Source of the DNA: Octopus sinensis
Lineage: Eukaryota
Assembly: GCF_006345805.1 (NCBI RefSeq)
Contig: NC_043021.1
Location: 682,001 to 746,000 of the forward strand
Direction: 5' to 3'
Length of the DNA: 64,000 nucleotides
Both the position numbers and the translations under genes were made by a program. Below the pieces are notes generated by a model. It saw only the letters and a program-made list of their open reading frames with translations. It did not search any database and was not told the origin of the DNA. Shown one piece after another: positions 1-13,185 of this stretch; positions within the stretch are counted from its first letter, which is position 1, and each line of letters begins with the position of its first letter.

Positions 1-330
1 ATGTGGAAACAGTGTAACACAGGAAGAGATACACTGAGACACATGAAGTGGGGGTGACTAATATATTTGGGAGACAGACTGACACATGAGAAGGGCTGAC
101 TGTAGGAACATGTAGGAAGGAAGACTGTAACACAGGAAATGTAGAATTGTGATACATGTGGGAGATAGATTGTGACACAGGATGAGACAGATTGTGATAC
201 ATGTAGGAGACTGTGTAACATGTGGGGAACAGTCTGTGAAACAACTGGCAAACTGTGAACATGTATCAAATCAGCTGTGACACATGTATCAAACAGGCTG
301 TGGCATATGTGACAGACAGGTCCACTGGCC
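1..330. repeat. Degenerate minisatellite (TGTGACACATGT...GAGACAGA core)
   Basis: Repeated TGTGA(C/T)ACA(TGT) motifs about every 20-30 bp; runs off the window start. Confidence 0.65.
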
Positions 331-2261
331 CCTTTATACTTTCCACATCCGTTTCCTTTTTTATAAATAGTGAGATAAAGGGCAGGGCTGGAATAATGAC
401 CATACTATTGTGTCTGCCAGTGATGGTGAGGGGACACCCCCCACACCATAGGTAGCACTGATGGGGGAGGCAGGTCACAGGAGGAGAAAGACAAGTGGGT
501 GTAGGGAGAAGGGGTGTATACAGCCAGCAGATTAAAAAAAATTGTTCTGAGTTCAAATCCAGTCAGAGCTGATATTGTATTCCACCTGTCACCCCCCACC
601 CCACACCACTACCAACAACAACAGGGTTAATAAGCCATTCCCAATACTATCAGAGTTGATTCAATTGATTCTATGTCTAGAATATTCCTTCTACCAAAAT
701 TCCTGTTGTGTCATATCAATATCAGACTGAATCTAGTGGTTCTGAGTTCAAATCCTATCTCCAAAACTGCACAGTGCGTGTATGATTAGGACACTTAACA
801 ATGAAATAGCTCAGTGTGTCTGGCTGTAAATAAGGTACCATTCAGGCTTAAATAGGTACAACCACTCCTTGTAAGCAGCAGGAGTATAGCATAACTGGTG
901 AGTGTTTCGCAACCTTGTAGTTTTGTGTGCATGGATCATGATGAAGCACACACACACACACACACAAACCAATCCTGTTTCAACCAGTTCTATTACTGTC
1001 ATTTAATGTGCGAGACATAATGAATCATCAACATCATTATCACCATTGTCATCGTATCCACCACCACCATAATTCAGTTATTGTTATTATTCATATTTTT
1101 ATGGTTTTTCTGTTGTCATATTTAACATTATTGCAACAGTCTGGTCTTTGAAACCACCAACACCCCACCCCACCACCATTGCGCCACCACCGCCGCCGCC
1201 TCCTCCATTGTCATTGTCCAGTCGTTAGTCATCATCATCATCACCATTGACATCATTGTAGCAGAAATAAGGGTAAGAACCCATTGGTTCAGAAACACAT
1301 CCAAACTTTGTTGTTGTTGTTGTTAATAGTAACAACAGCAAAAACAACAACAACAACAACTAATAGCCAGGAAAGTATTGAAATGAGAAAGAATGTCTGG
1401 TTTGGTCTGCGATTGTGAAGAGGAGGAAGAACAGAACTTGAAGAATAGTAAAACAATGGAAGAGCAGCTGTGACATAATTTGCTGAATAACACAATAATT
1501 CACTTTAAGCTATGGAAAGCTTGAAGTGCTATAAAGATATGCATAGCAGAAAATTGTCACACAGCTTGTGACATGTTGGGTGCCAACCTAAGGCCGAGCT
1601 CTGCTGAGGACATTTATGATATAGATTAGTCTATAAATGACCTCTGCAGTGTCAATATGGGGTAGATTAATCTGTAACTGACCTCTGTCCATGTTTGAAA
1701 AACATTACAAGATGACAGGTGTAGCTCTAAGATGATGTTGAAGTATTCAATGTTACATGTCTAATGATAAGCTCTGCTAGGGATCTTTAAATGGTGCATA
1801 TGATGATGATATAATAATAATAAGAAGAAGAAGAATATGACCCATTTATAGAATATGTAGTGAATCCCATGAAGCATATAGTGCCAAGATGTGTCCAAAA
1901 TTGAAATATTTAGCAGCATCATGTAAATGAAGACACATTACGAGATGTGTGGTACCAGGTTGTGGTACACTGTAGGTATGGTACCTGGTTATGGTAAGCA
2001 TCTGTGGGCATGAAGAGTACATAGTGCCAACAATGAAACAGAAAGAATATAAGATTTGTCCACATGTCTTGTAGAAATATGGAGGAAAGCATGTGTGGAA
2101 CTGAAGAATCAATTGATGTTCCAAAGAGCAGAGAGGTTGGTGGAAGAAGGGGTGATGCCTAAGTGGAAATGGTACACGGGTACCAACTGTCGGGGTTTTC
2201 ACAGTCCCACGATATACAGAAGACAGAAGATACAGCACAATGTATTTCAGTGCACTGTGGT

Positions 2262-2555
2262 GGGGGCATGTGGCTTAGTGGTGAGGGTACTTGGCTTATG
2301 ATCAGAGGGTCATGAGTTCGATTCCTGGCAGTATGTTGTGATGTTGAGCAAGACACTCACCTGGCAAAAATGAGTTGTACCTGTAATTCACAAGGGGCCA
2401 GCTTTATCATATTCTGTGTCATGCTGAGTCTCCCTGAGAACTACATTAAGGGGACAGATGTTTGTGGAATACTCAGCCACTTGCACGTTAATTTCATGAG
2501 CGGGCTGTTCCATCGGATCAACTGGAATCCTTATCATCATAACTGATGGAGCAGC
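2262..2555 (+). mobile_element. tRNA-derived SINE with TTGAGCAAGACAC core (family E)
   Basis: Head GGCTTAGTGG...GAGTTCGATTCC; body shared with 61530-61660 (-); similar head at 14765. Confidence 0.7.
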
Positions 2556-3863
2556 AGCTTAGTACTCCAGACCACAGCATATTGTGTACAGTTCAGGATG
2601 TAGTATAGACAACAGTGTGTGTGGTACCAGAGTGTAGCAAAGCTCTATAGTGCAATGTGTAAAGTACGTATGGGTGGTTCTCGTAGAGTACCTGTGAAGG
2701 TTTTTGAGTACCTCAGGATTCACAGATTATGTTTGGGAAAAGCAGGGAAAAGTTTACCTGAATTCTCAACTGTTCAGAGCCCATTTACCTGTCTGATTTA
2801 CAAGATGGCTTCTGCTTATAGTCAAAATAAGATGTCCCTTTCTCTCTGAGTATAGTGAACATAATAGGCCATTATATAGGTATACAGTCAACAGAATTGG
2901 CCCTTATGTAAATTTTGGGTCAACATAATTGGCCTCTCTCAGCATATAGTCAACAGAAACTGACCTCTGTTATCTCCGAAAGTGTGATTATCTATCAGTG
3001 TACAGTCAACAAATTTATATATCACGAATGCCATCATCATCATCATCATGAATCACAGTGGGAAACCTGATCAAATCCACTCATCGTCCTTTAAACTGCA
3101 GGTTTGTGCATCACACAACAAGGCACTAAACCTTCCCTGCCCAACTTGGTAGTTGTTCTCTTCTTATTTCAGCATCAGATAATTCACTTTTACAATCATC
3201 ATCATCATCATCACTACCACTACTCTCTGATCATTCATTAGCATCACCATTACCATCAGAGAACCACCATCACCCACCACCACCACCACCACCGTTCCAC
3301 CAAAACAACACAACAGCCTTCAATGTACCTTGGTTGTGTTTTAAAAGATATGGTTAGAATAGTTGTGGCACTAAATGAAGTGGTTTTCAACTAAAAAAAC
3401 ATCATTATGGATTAACCATGTGGTCAAGGAATGGAACATGTGGTAAACACGCTCATAAATTGAACATGTCAACTTAATAAAGGATTGACTTTGAGGTGGA
3501 CAGGGTTGTGAGGTAACCATGTGGTAGAATGAATTTAGACATGCAGGGAGTGAAGTTAAGAATTAAAACAAATATGAAAGTAGAGAATGAAATTTAAAAT
3601 AATTCTTATAAATTTGGATTTGTAAAGAAATTTGAAAGCAATTCGTTAAAATGATTGATTCGTTTGTATGTGCCCAATAGAATGTAACAAGTAGCATTTG
3701 TTTTATTGAACCTATGTTCAATATAACAGACATCATCTGTATGTGTCCAATATAGTATGAAAATAAAAAATTTTAGGTGTTCGATTTAAACAAAAATTCA
3801 ATAATAAAATTATGAATTCCATAAAAATTGAAAAAAAAAAAAATTTCTCCATATACAGGAGCA

Positions 3864-4262
3864 GGAGTGGCTGTGTGGTAAGTAACTTGCTTACCAGCCA
3901 CATGGTTCCAGGTTCATTCCCACTGCGTGGTACTTTGGGCAAGTGTCTTCTATAGCCTCGGGCCGACCAAAGCCTTGTGAGTGGATTTGGTAGACGGAAA
4001 CTGAAAGAAGCCCGTTGTATATATGTATATATATATATGTGTGTGTGTATATGTTTGTGTGTCTGTGTTTGTCCCCCAACATCGCTTGACAACCGACGGT
4101 GGTATGTTTACGTCCCCGTAACTTAGTGGTTCGGCAAAAGAGACTGATAGAATAAGTACTAGGCTTCCAAAGAATAAGTCCTGGGGTTGGTTTGCTTTCG
4201 ACTAAAGGTGGTGCTCCAGCATGGCCGCAGTCAAATGACTGAAACAAGTAAAAGAGTAAAAG
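3864..4262 (+). mobile_element. tRNA-derived SINE, family A (TTGGGCAAGTGTCTT core, internal TA/TG microsatellite, AAAAGAG tail)
   Basis: A/B-box-like head; about 15 related full or partial copies (e.g. 5476-5848 -, 13215-13945 -, 16630-16850 -, 19195-19355 -, 30720-31109 +, 34500-34660 +, 54460-54860 +, 57933-58370 +). Boundaries approximate. Confidence 0.85.
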
Positions 4263-5475
4263 AGAGAGTAAAGAGTATACATAGTTTAATCATTGCTCTC
4301 CCATTTTCCAGGAAAGGAACGGAAGATTGCGGACATTTTCCATGTTCCCTTTTCCCAATTATCCTCACAAGGAAGTGACTCAAAATATTGCTCATAAAAG
4401 TAAAGTTTGTTCTTTATCAGTTAACAATCTGCTTCCATATATTTTGTACATCATCAGAATAACAGAACGATGTATAAACAATTAGCTGAATAATTACATT
4501 CAGACAGTGTATTCAAGTACACTGAGAAATAAAAAACAGTTTAGTGTCAGGAGAATTATGTTAATAGTGTGAAGTATTCACAGATGTTTACCTCCGCCCC
4601 AAACCTCACGTTTGTCTGTACTTCACACTTTTTGGGGGGAGACAAGCTGCACAAAATATGGCTGATATAAGAGAGTCATCATCATCATCATCATTGTTTA
4701 ACGTCTGCTTTCCATGCTGGCATGGGTTGGATGATTTGTGTGAGGACTGGCGAACCAGATGGCTGCACCAGGCTCCAATCAGATCTGGCATTAGGAAGGA
4801 TGCCCTTCCTATAGTAAAATATAGTGGGGTACCTCTAACACCCTACTATATTGCACCAGTTATAGACTTTCCCCTCCTCCCCTCTTGACACTTGTGCAAT
4901 GGATTATAAGGGGTGGTTAAGGGCAGATGTAGACTTTTCTCTTTGAGTTCAAAAGAAGCATCATCCAGGTAAATATCACTGGTAAATAGGGAAATTGTGG
5001 ACTTGATGGGATTTAGGGAACTCTTCAGATTTAATCCTTCAGCACCTTTGAGCCAATCATTGCAAGAGAAATGCTGCTGGAATCCTATAAAGAAAAAGAC
5101 ACACAAAATGTATTAAAAACGTTGACAGAAAAATGGTCCAACTATACATGAAATCAGTTGCAGAGGAATTAATTGACATCTCTCTCTCTCTCTCTTTCTC
5201 TTTCTCTCTTTCTCTCAACTCGTGTGTTACTCTTACCTCCACTCCGCCCACCTCCCACAAGGCTTCTGTTTCTTGGTCACTCATTGGTCTTGTGTTCAAG
5301 GGACCACTGATCCAGTCCCCTGTTCTGGTTTTATTCAAACATTTATCTTTCCTTCAAGGCTCAAACTCATCAGTCCTCAACACACTGACTGCACATTGGG
5401 ATTGAAACTGGAACCACATGATTCTCAAGCAAAGTTCTTAGCTACAAACACAGCTACACCAGCACCCTCTGGTGT

Positions 5476-5848
5476 CTTTTCTCTTTTACTTGTTTCACTC
5501 ATTAGACTGAGGCCATACTGGAGCACTGCCTTGAGGAAATTTTAGTCAAATGAATTGATGTAGTGTTTATTTTTTATAGCCTGGTACTTATTCTATCAGT
5601 CTCTCTTGCTGAACTGCTAAGTTATGAAGATGTAAACACACCAACACCCATTGAAAAGCAGTGGTGGTACACACACCCACACACACATACACGACAGGTT
5701 TCTTTCAGTTTCCTTCTACCAAATCCACTCACAAGGCTTTGGTCAGTCTGAGGCTATAGTGAAAGACATTTGCCCAAGGTGCCATGCAGTGGGACTGAAC
5801 CCGGAACCATGTGGTTGGGAAACAAGCTACTTATCACACAGCCATACT
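5476..5848 (-). mobile_element. SINE family A copy
   Basis: Reverse complement aligns by eye to 3864-4262. Confidence 0.82.
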
Positions 5849-5952
5849 TGTACTTATGTGTGTGTGTATTATAGTTGGCATATTGAATATATTATTTATA
5901 ATATTGTTACCAATGTGTGTGTGTGGGGGGGGGCGAGAGAGAGAGAGAGAGG

Positions 5953-6002
<50 letters not shown>

Positions 6003-6393
6003 GAGCAATAATGGTGGTAATAATAACCATTATTGAATACATGAGAGAAACAAAACGAAAGACTACTTCAGCAGCAAGAGTCTTGTCTTTCAACTTCCTG
6101 TACTCTTTGAAATATGACCATTTATGGTAAGACATATTCTACACAAACAACAAGCAATAAAACACACAACACATTTGATAAATAACACACAAACACCTCA
6201 AACACAAGAAAAAACGAAACAGTTCCAAATCCTCTTCAATCATCTCATTAAACAATAAACTGGACAGAGACATCAGAAATATGTGTAGACATCGTGTCCA
6301 GGCAGACACGAGTTTTATGCAAATGTGTGTGTGTGTGTAGGTACTGTTCCATATTATATCAAGCCACAAACACATGTGCATGCTATACACTCA

Positions 6394-6439
<46 letters not shown>

Positions 6440-6559
6440 CATATATGTATGTATATATACATATGTATATATACAAATATATATATATATGTATGTACAT
6501 TTGTATGTATACATACAAATATAAATATATACATGTATGTTTGTTTGTATGTATATATG

Positions 6560-6592
<33 letters not shown>

Positions 6593-7477
6593 GTGTGTAT
6601 ATGTATGTGTATGCAAATATATGTATATGTGTGTGTGCATGCATGTAGATGTGTGTGTATGCATGTATGTATGTATGTGCATGTGTCTGTGTGTCTGTTT
6701 GCATGTAAACTACACACCTGTTCAGGAAAGTAATGAAGCCTAATTAGTGAGAAACTCTATCCTTTAACGACAGAGGTATGACAAATGGTTAGTTAAGATA
6801 CATGAACATTTATGTGTGTGTATACATACACACACACACACGTCTTCTATCTTTTTCATGCTTCAGTTATTGGATTGTGGCCATACTGGGGCATTGTCTT
6901 GAAGGATATATAGGTTAAATTAATTGTCAGCTTCTCCTTCAGAATTATCGAAGCAGCAAATCCCGCACCCAACTCTATTACCACCATCACCATCACCACC
7001 ACTACCATCACCATCACCACCACCACCATCATCATCAGCACCACCATCACCATCACCACCACCAGCACCATCACCATTGACAGGAAACTAAAATGTTTGT
7101 ATTTTGACAGAATCCTCAATGCTGTCCAACCAAAACATCATCTTTGAAGGAGATGAATAAGAAGCAACACACCACTGACCATCAGGGTTCCCTGAGATGG
7201 CACACAGGAAGGCACCCACACATACCCACAGCATTATTAACTAAGCCAAAATGAAATCTCCATGGAAACTGAGGTTTTCTGTCTTGTCCGGGAGGAGAGT
7301 AAGATCCAAATTAGGAATTATTTGAACTGTTCTTGTCTCGTGGGTGAAAAGAAAAGGGCCTGGAATTGGCTGCTGTTTTTTTCGTCAATTTTGTTCGTTT
7401 GTATTTCATGCAAAGGGAATTAGGATTTTGAAAAAAAAAGTTTGCCTCCAAATTTGAGTTTTTTTTTTTGTTTTTAT

Positions 7478-7981
7478 ATTCAAATATTACTCAAATATTT
7501 TCTTACATTGTCTCTGATGAAGGGATATCCATAATATCCCAGAAACAACATTATAGATGTCCTGAAAACTCAGCACGGCCTTGGATTTGTTATCTCATTC
7601 TGTCTAATGTGTGTGTGTGTATATATATATACATACAGAGAGAGAGAATCATAAAAATGAAGTAGATTTTTGAAATAGCTATCCCAATTCCATAAGGAAA
7701 GAAAAGGTGATGTAATGGGGGCGGTGGAGGTTACCCCATTAGATCACCTTTTCTTTCCTTATGGAATTGGGATAGCTATTTCAAAAATCTACTTTATTTT
7801 TATGATCTCTCTCTCTCTGTATGTATATATATATACACACACACACACATTAGACAGAATGAGATAACAAATCCCAGGCCATGGTTTTTCAGAACATTTA
7901 TAATGAAATAGTCTTACAGGTGTTTCTGGGATATTATGGATAATCATCAGAGACAATGTGAGAAAATATTTGAGTTTGAAT
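7478..7981. repeat. Long imperfect palindrome (fold-back duplication), ~240-bp arms, 13-nt loop
   Basis: 7478-7720 is the reverse complement of 7734-7981; the inner ~73 bp differ at only 2 positions by eye. Confidence 0.95.
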
Positions 7982-8804
7982 TATTGTGGAAAAGATAGGG
8001 AATATAGAGGGAAATAAGAGAATGAAGGTAGAAATAAGATATATAAAGATATTGTAGTTGCAGGTCCATTATTCAAAGAAAGTGGTAAATATACTTATAA
8101 AATACAATTAGGCTTCACACACACACACATTTCCATAGAAACATATATCTACATATATTCAGAAAGAAAAGCACACACATCATCATCATCATTGTTGTGG
8201 TCAGTTTTCTAGGCTGGCATGGTTTGGATGGTTTGACAAGAGCTGCTGGCAAGGCCAGAAACCACTCCAGGCTCCACAGTTTGATTTGAATTGGTTTATA
8301 TAGCTGGATCACACACACACATGCATTTACATGGAATACAAAAAATACAGATCCTTAAGTGGAGGTGTCTAAAAATTGCTTATCCATATCAAGGTTAATC
8401 TATAAATCTATAAGTAGCCGTCAGACAAACTGAGGGTATTCCATATCAGCTCATTTTTGGATTTCTTGTATTGCCATTCTTGAGGTCATGAATCTAGTCC
8501 TGGATGAGGAATTTGGAGTTTGAGCATTACTCTGTGTTTTTTATGGTGAGCATATCCAGCTCTCACTCATTGTCTGTAAGAATGGCAATCCTTCAGCATT
8601 AGTCTCCAGAGTCTCAGTACAAGGAGACAACATCATTCATCTTCTTTGTATGTCTTGAGGTTGAGTGATGTCATGTACCAATGATGAAGGATTATCATGC
8701 ATACATACATATATGAGCCAGTGTGTATGTTAATTATATTGTCATAATGACTCTCCCTAGACAACAATGTATACGTGTGTGTCTGTGTGTGTATACGTAG
8801 GAGG

Positions 8805-8962
8805 GGAGAATGGAAAGTAACTGGCTTTAAGGGTATTATAAAGTATCTGGCTGGAGGTTTAAACGTCCAAGTTCTTTTACAGGGCTTAGAAAAACTGAAG
8901 GACTGTTGCAATAAGTGTGTGGATCTGAGAGGGGAATATTTTGAATAAAATCATAATTAAAT
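8805..8962 (+). mobile_element. Mariner 3'-end fragment
   Basis: Encodes GLEKLKDCCNKCVDLRGEYFE*, typical of a mariner transposase C-terminus; a related copy lies at 9640-9803. Confidence 0.7.
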
Positions 8963-9639
8963 AATCCTCCTGTATTTTCTTTTACCCAAAACCAGGAACT
9001 TTTTAACACCCCCTCCTATCTATCTAGCTATCTATCTATCTATGGATGTATGTATGTATGTATGGGTGGGTGGGTGAATAGATAAATCAATACATACCTT
9101 GAATCCTTTCCATTTCTCTTCTTCTCTCTCTTTCTACCTAACTCTCATATAATATGAAATCGGTTAGGCAGCAGATGAAGGAAGAATATGCTTGATGTTC
9201 TTCTTCTAAGCTGTGAATCTTTTGTATTTTAAGTTCTTGTTGTTAAAAGGTGTCCTTCATTCTTGTTGAGTTGAACTTGTTAACAGGTCCCTGGTTTCTT
9301 AGTTTATGATGGTTTTTCTTGTTTAGATTTCATAATAAAAAATATATAATGGGATTGTCCCTCATAGGGGTTCAAATTATAGTGGGGGTAATAAGTATTT
9401 AAAGGTTTCTACTTTATGCCCACATACATACATACATACATATATATATATGTGTACATTGTGAATGCGTGTGTAGTCTTTGCTGAGAAACCCACAGAAA
9501 CAAATATTTTGCTTTTTTGGCTGGACATTCTGTGATTAAATAAAAATCTTTGCTCTACATTTTAACATTGAATCCTTCCTTGTTGAACGATCTTCTTAAT
9601 CTTTAGATTCAGGTTGCTCTCCCTCTCTCTCAAGATATA

Positions 9640-9803
9640 TACAAGAAGGTGCTGAAAAGTTTCTAGCTTTAAGGGTGTCGCGAAAGGCCTGGTTGGAGGC
9701 CCAAACTTCCGACTTCTTTTACAGGGCTTAGAAAAACTTAAGGACCGCTGTAACAAGTGTGTGAATCTGAGAGGGGAATGTGTTGAATAAAATCATAATT
9801 AAC
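9640..9803 (+). mobile_element. Mariner 3'-end fragment, second copy
   Basis: GLEKLKDRCNKCVNLRGECVE*; direct-orientation relative of 8805-8962. Confidence 0.7.
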
Positions 9804-10580
9804 TGATTCTTTCTGACATGAGTTCTGTATAATTTCATTTCTATCCCCTTATTTTTTCTGTTCTATAAAGGAGAGAAGAGAGAGAGAGAGAGAGAATCAG
9901 CCGGGTGCAATAGTCACCACAGTCATCTTTGTGCTTCCTGTGAATCTTCAGTGCTAAACTTACTCATAGTAGATCTCTTTGTCATCATCCCTACGGTTGT
10001 GGCTGAAGCTGTCCTATAAAAATGGCAGGACACATGTGCAAATACATGTATATGTATGTATATATAACATGTATATATATATATATATATACACACACAC
10101 AAACACACAGCCGTTAAATGATGATGCTGATGTATGTATGAGTATGCATACATACATATATGTTTGTATATAGATATGTATGTATATATGTATGTAGGTA
10201 TGTATATATATATTTATATATAGTAAACGATTATGATGATGATGACAATGATGTGTGTGTGTGTGTGTATGTTTGTATATATAGATATGTATGTATGTAT
10301 GTATGTATATCTATGAACATTTATGGAAATAGATACGTGTGAATTGTAATTATAGGAATCATGTTTTGCAGTATGAAGTAGGGTGGGGTGGCGAGGTGGG
10401 TGGGTGGGTGGGTGTAACTATCAACACCTAAATTAATTGTTGACACCACTTCCTGGGGTTAGGGTTGTTGTTGTTGTTGGTTGCTGTTGACACCAGATCA
10501 CTGGGGTGGTGATGGTCACTAGCTGTTCACACCTGTTATTTGGGTGGTAGTGGTGGTGTTGCAGGATTGTATGTGTATGT

Positions 10581-10629
<49 letters not shown>

Positions 10630-11092
10630 ATTGTTTTAGAAGACTGGGTGGGATGGTGGAGCCAGTCATTGTCTGTTGTGACTAATTTAGGAGGTGGTCC
10701 TGGTGTAGCAGAGGCAGTGGGGAATAGGAGGAGGGGGGTTAGCTGGTGTCCCCCCACCACAACCACCACCACCACCTCGCCATACCTAGATTGTTTATGG
10801 AGTGGCATACAACATAATACATGAGAACGAACAGGATTTGGTAAGCAAAGGCAGCCGAATACATTGTAACAATGAGAGAGAGAGAGAGAGAGAGGGGTGT
10901 GTGTGTGTGTGTGTGTACCTATGATGCACTAATTTCTGCTAGTCACAAGGTCAAATAATAATAATAATGATATGTATGTGTGTGAAACTTCTTCATCTTT
11001 CTGTCTTGGCTGTTTAGTTCTCTACTGTCCATGCGATTATCCTTGCTCCATATCTAAGGAGTGAAACTGCCCAGGTGTTGATAGCTTCAATC

Positions 11093-11530
11093 TTATTCCG
11101 TCCTCTTTAATTTCGACATAAGGATCAGTCTCAGGCTGCGCAAGTACTCCACCTTAAATATTTCTGTCATTTCTTTCTCCATCAATTTACCCATTTCCAA
11201 AATCCCCAAGTACTTATAGCCTGTCCCTTCTATCTGCTTCATAACCTCCCCCAATGGTATCGCTAGCCCCGGCTGCACATTTGATTTTGCCTCTCTTCAA
11301 GACTAACAAACCACACTTCTTCAGTCTGAACTCCATTCTGAGAGGCAAAATCAAATGTATGGATGGGCTAGAGATACCGTTGGGGGAGGTTATGAAGCAG
11401 ATAGAAGAGACGGGCTATAAGTACTTGGGGATTTTGGAAATGGATAAATTGATGGAGAAAGAAATAACAGAAAAAGTTAAGGTGGAGTACTTGCACAGAC
11501 TGAGACTGATCCTTAAGTCAAAATTAATTT
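11093..11530. mobile_element. Two inverted copies of a non-LTR RT fragment (R4/Dong-like)
   Basis: Both strands encode KRGKIKC...GEVMKQIE.TGYKYLGILEM.KLMEKE.TE..KVEYL..LRLIL.SKL (supplied ORFs 11093..11278 - and 11254..11535 +). Clade assignment is from motif recall. Confidence 0.75.
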
Positions 11531-12586
11531 CTTAACCACAAAGGCTTTATGTTGAAAAACATTGTGGACAGCACAGGGCATATAGAATGTCAGGTTACAT
11601 GAAAGTTGTGTAAACAATGAAAAACAATCTATTGTAACAAAATCCCCACAAAAGTGTCCTCCTGGGACTATTCATGGAAAGCTCACAAATCCACGACAGT
11701 CCTGACTTCCAGGGTAAACACCATCCCTAATTTATCTACAGGTGCTTGCTTAGAGCAGGCTCATTTATTTGAGCCATTCTTGCAACATTCACCCATCTTT
11801 TAACAAAATTGCTGGGGGAGCAGAATTTCTCTCTCTACCCTCACTTTCCTTTTCAAGTGAATCTTGAAAAAGTTGATGAGGGCCAAAGAGGGAAGTGTCT
11901 GTCTTCAGCCCTTTCAGCCTGGTCCACCACACAACCTTTCCCACTAAGGCTATCAGGCAAAGAAAAACAGCTTGCCCCTACAGGCCAAAGGGAGGTGGCA
12001 GGACTATTTTCACAATGGACTCAGCCAATAGCCAGATCTGTCCCACACAAGGCAGCAGGTGTTCAACATAAACCCACAAGTCAGAAATACTTGAGAGAGT
12101 GAGAGACAGGGAGAGAGTGTTTCACTGTTACTTAATTTATTGACCCCAAAAGGATGGAAGGCAAAGTTGACCTCGGCAGAATATGAACTCAGAAGGTATT
12201 GAATGGTGAAATACCGTTAAGCGTTTCATCCAGTGTGCTACCGATTCTGCCAACTCGCTGCCTTAATAATAATAGTAATAATCATAATAATGGTAAAAAT
12301 AATAATCCTTTCTAGTGAAGGCACAAGGCCTTGAAATTTTGGGGGAGGGGAGAAGTCGATTACGTCAACCCCAGTATTTCACTGGTACTTAATTCATCGC
12401 CCCCACCCCACCTCAAAGGATTAAGGGCAAAGTTAACCTCAGCAGTTTTTAAGTAACATGACAAAATTTGAACTCAGAACATAGCAGCAGATGAAATGAT
12501 GCTAAGCATTTCACCAGGCAGCTTGCTGCTTTAATAATGACGATCATAATAATAATAATGATAATAATAATTATTATTATTGTGTT

Positions 12587-12635
<49 letters not shown>

Positions 12636-12987
12636 TATTATTATTATTATTGTGTTTGTTTTGGTATTATGATTGTTTGTCAAAAACATTTTGGGCCTGG
12701 CTTTGCACTGCACTAAGCAAATTTCATTCCTGCACACATGGTTCTGGGGTTTGTTTATAATAAATAAACTGTTTTGTTGGTAATTAGAGAAAGTGTGAAG
12801 CTAAGCGCCAGATATTTAGATCTCAATGGTTGTGTCAAGGTTTTAAGCAAACATGACAAATCTGTTGGTGATTGTCTCTTGGAGATTTCTGCAGCTTTTG
12901 TTGACAATTTTCTTTATTAATACTGAATGACTCACTGGGTATTTACTCAGGGTATTTACTCTTTGGTATTTCTCTAATATGTAGAAA

Positions 12988-13185
12988 GGTGTTAGCACAC
13001 TGGGCGAAATGCTTAGCAGTATTTCATCTGTCTTTACGTTCTGAGTTCAAATTCCGCCGAGGTCAACTTTGCCTTTCATCCTTTCGGGGTCGGTAAATTA
13101 AGTACCAGTTGCATACTGAGGTCAATCTAATCGACTGGCTCCCTCCCCCAAAATTTCAGGCCTTGTGCCTAGAGTAGAAAAGAAT
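12988..13185 (+). mobile_element. tRNA-derived SINE, family C (GTTCAAATTCCGCCGAGGTC...CTTTCATCCTTTCGGGGTC)
   Basis: B-box-like GAGTTCAAATTCC; related copies at about 12120-12535 -, 23250-23660 -, 31365-31570 -, 32770-32880 -, 51345-51570 -. Confidence 0.82.

Noticed and set aside
2056-2301. Protein-like stretch IWRKACVELKNQLMFQRAER with flanking AG/GT
   Set aside because: No recognisable homology and no phase-compatible neighbouring exon could be identified; not called as CDS.
3864-3935. tRNA-like A/B boxes in SINE heads (also 2262, 12988, 14765)
   Set aside because: No complete cloverleaf; each runs into a multi-copy SINE body, so these are not tRNA genes.
11107-11527. Excess of A/G differences between the inverted RT arms (possible ADAR-edited retrocopy)
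   Set aside because: About four of the seven A/G differences I counted are at CpG sites and fit ordinary CpG decay.
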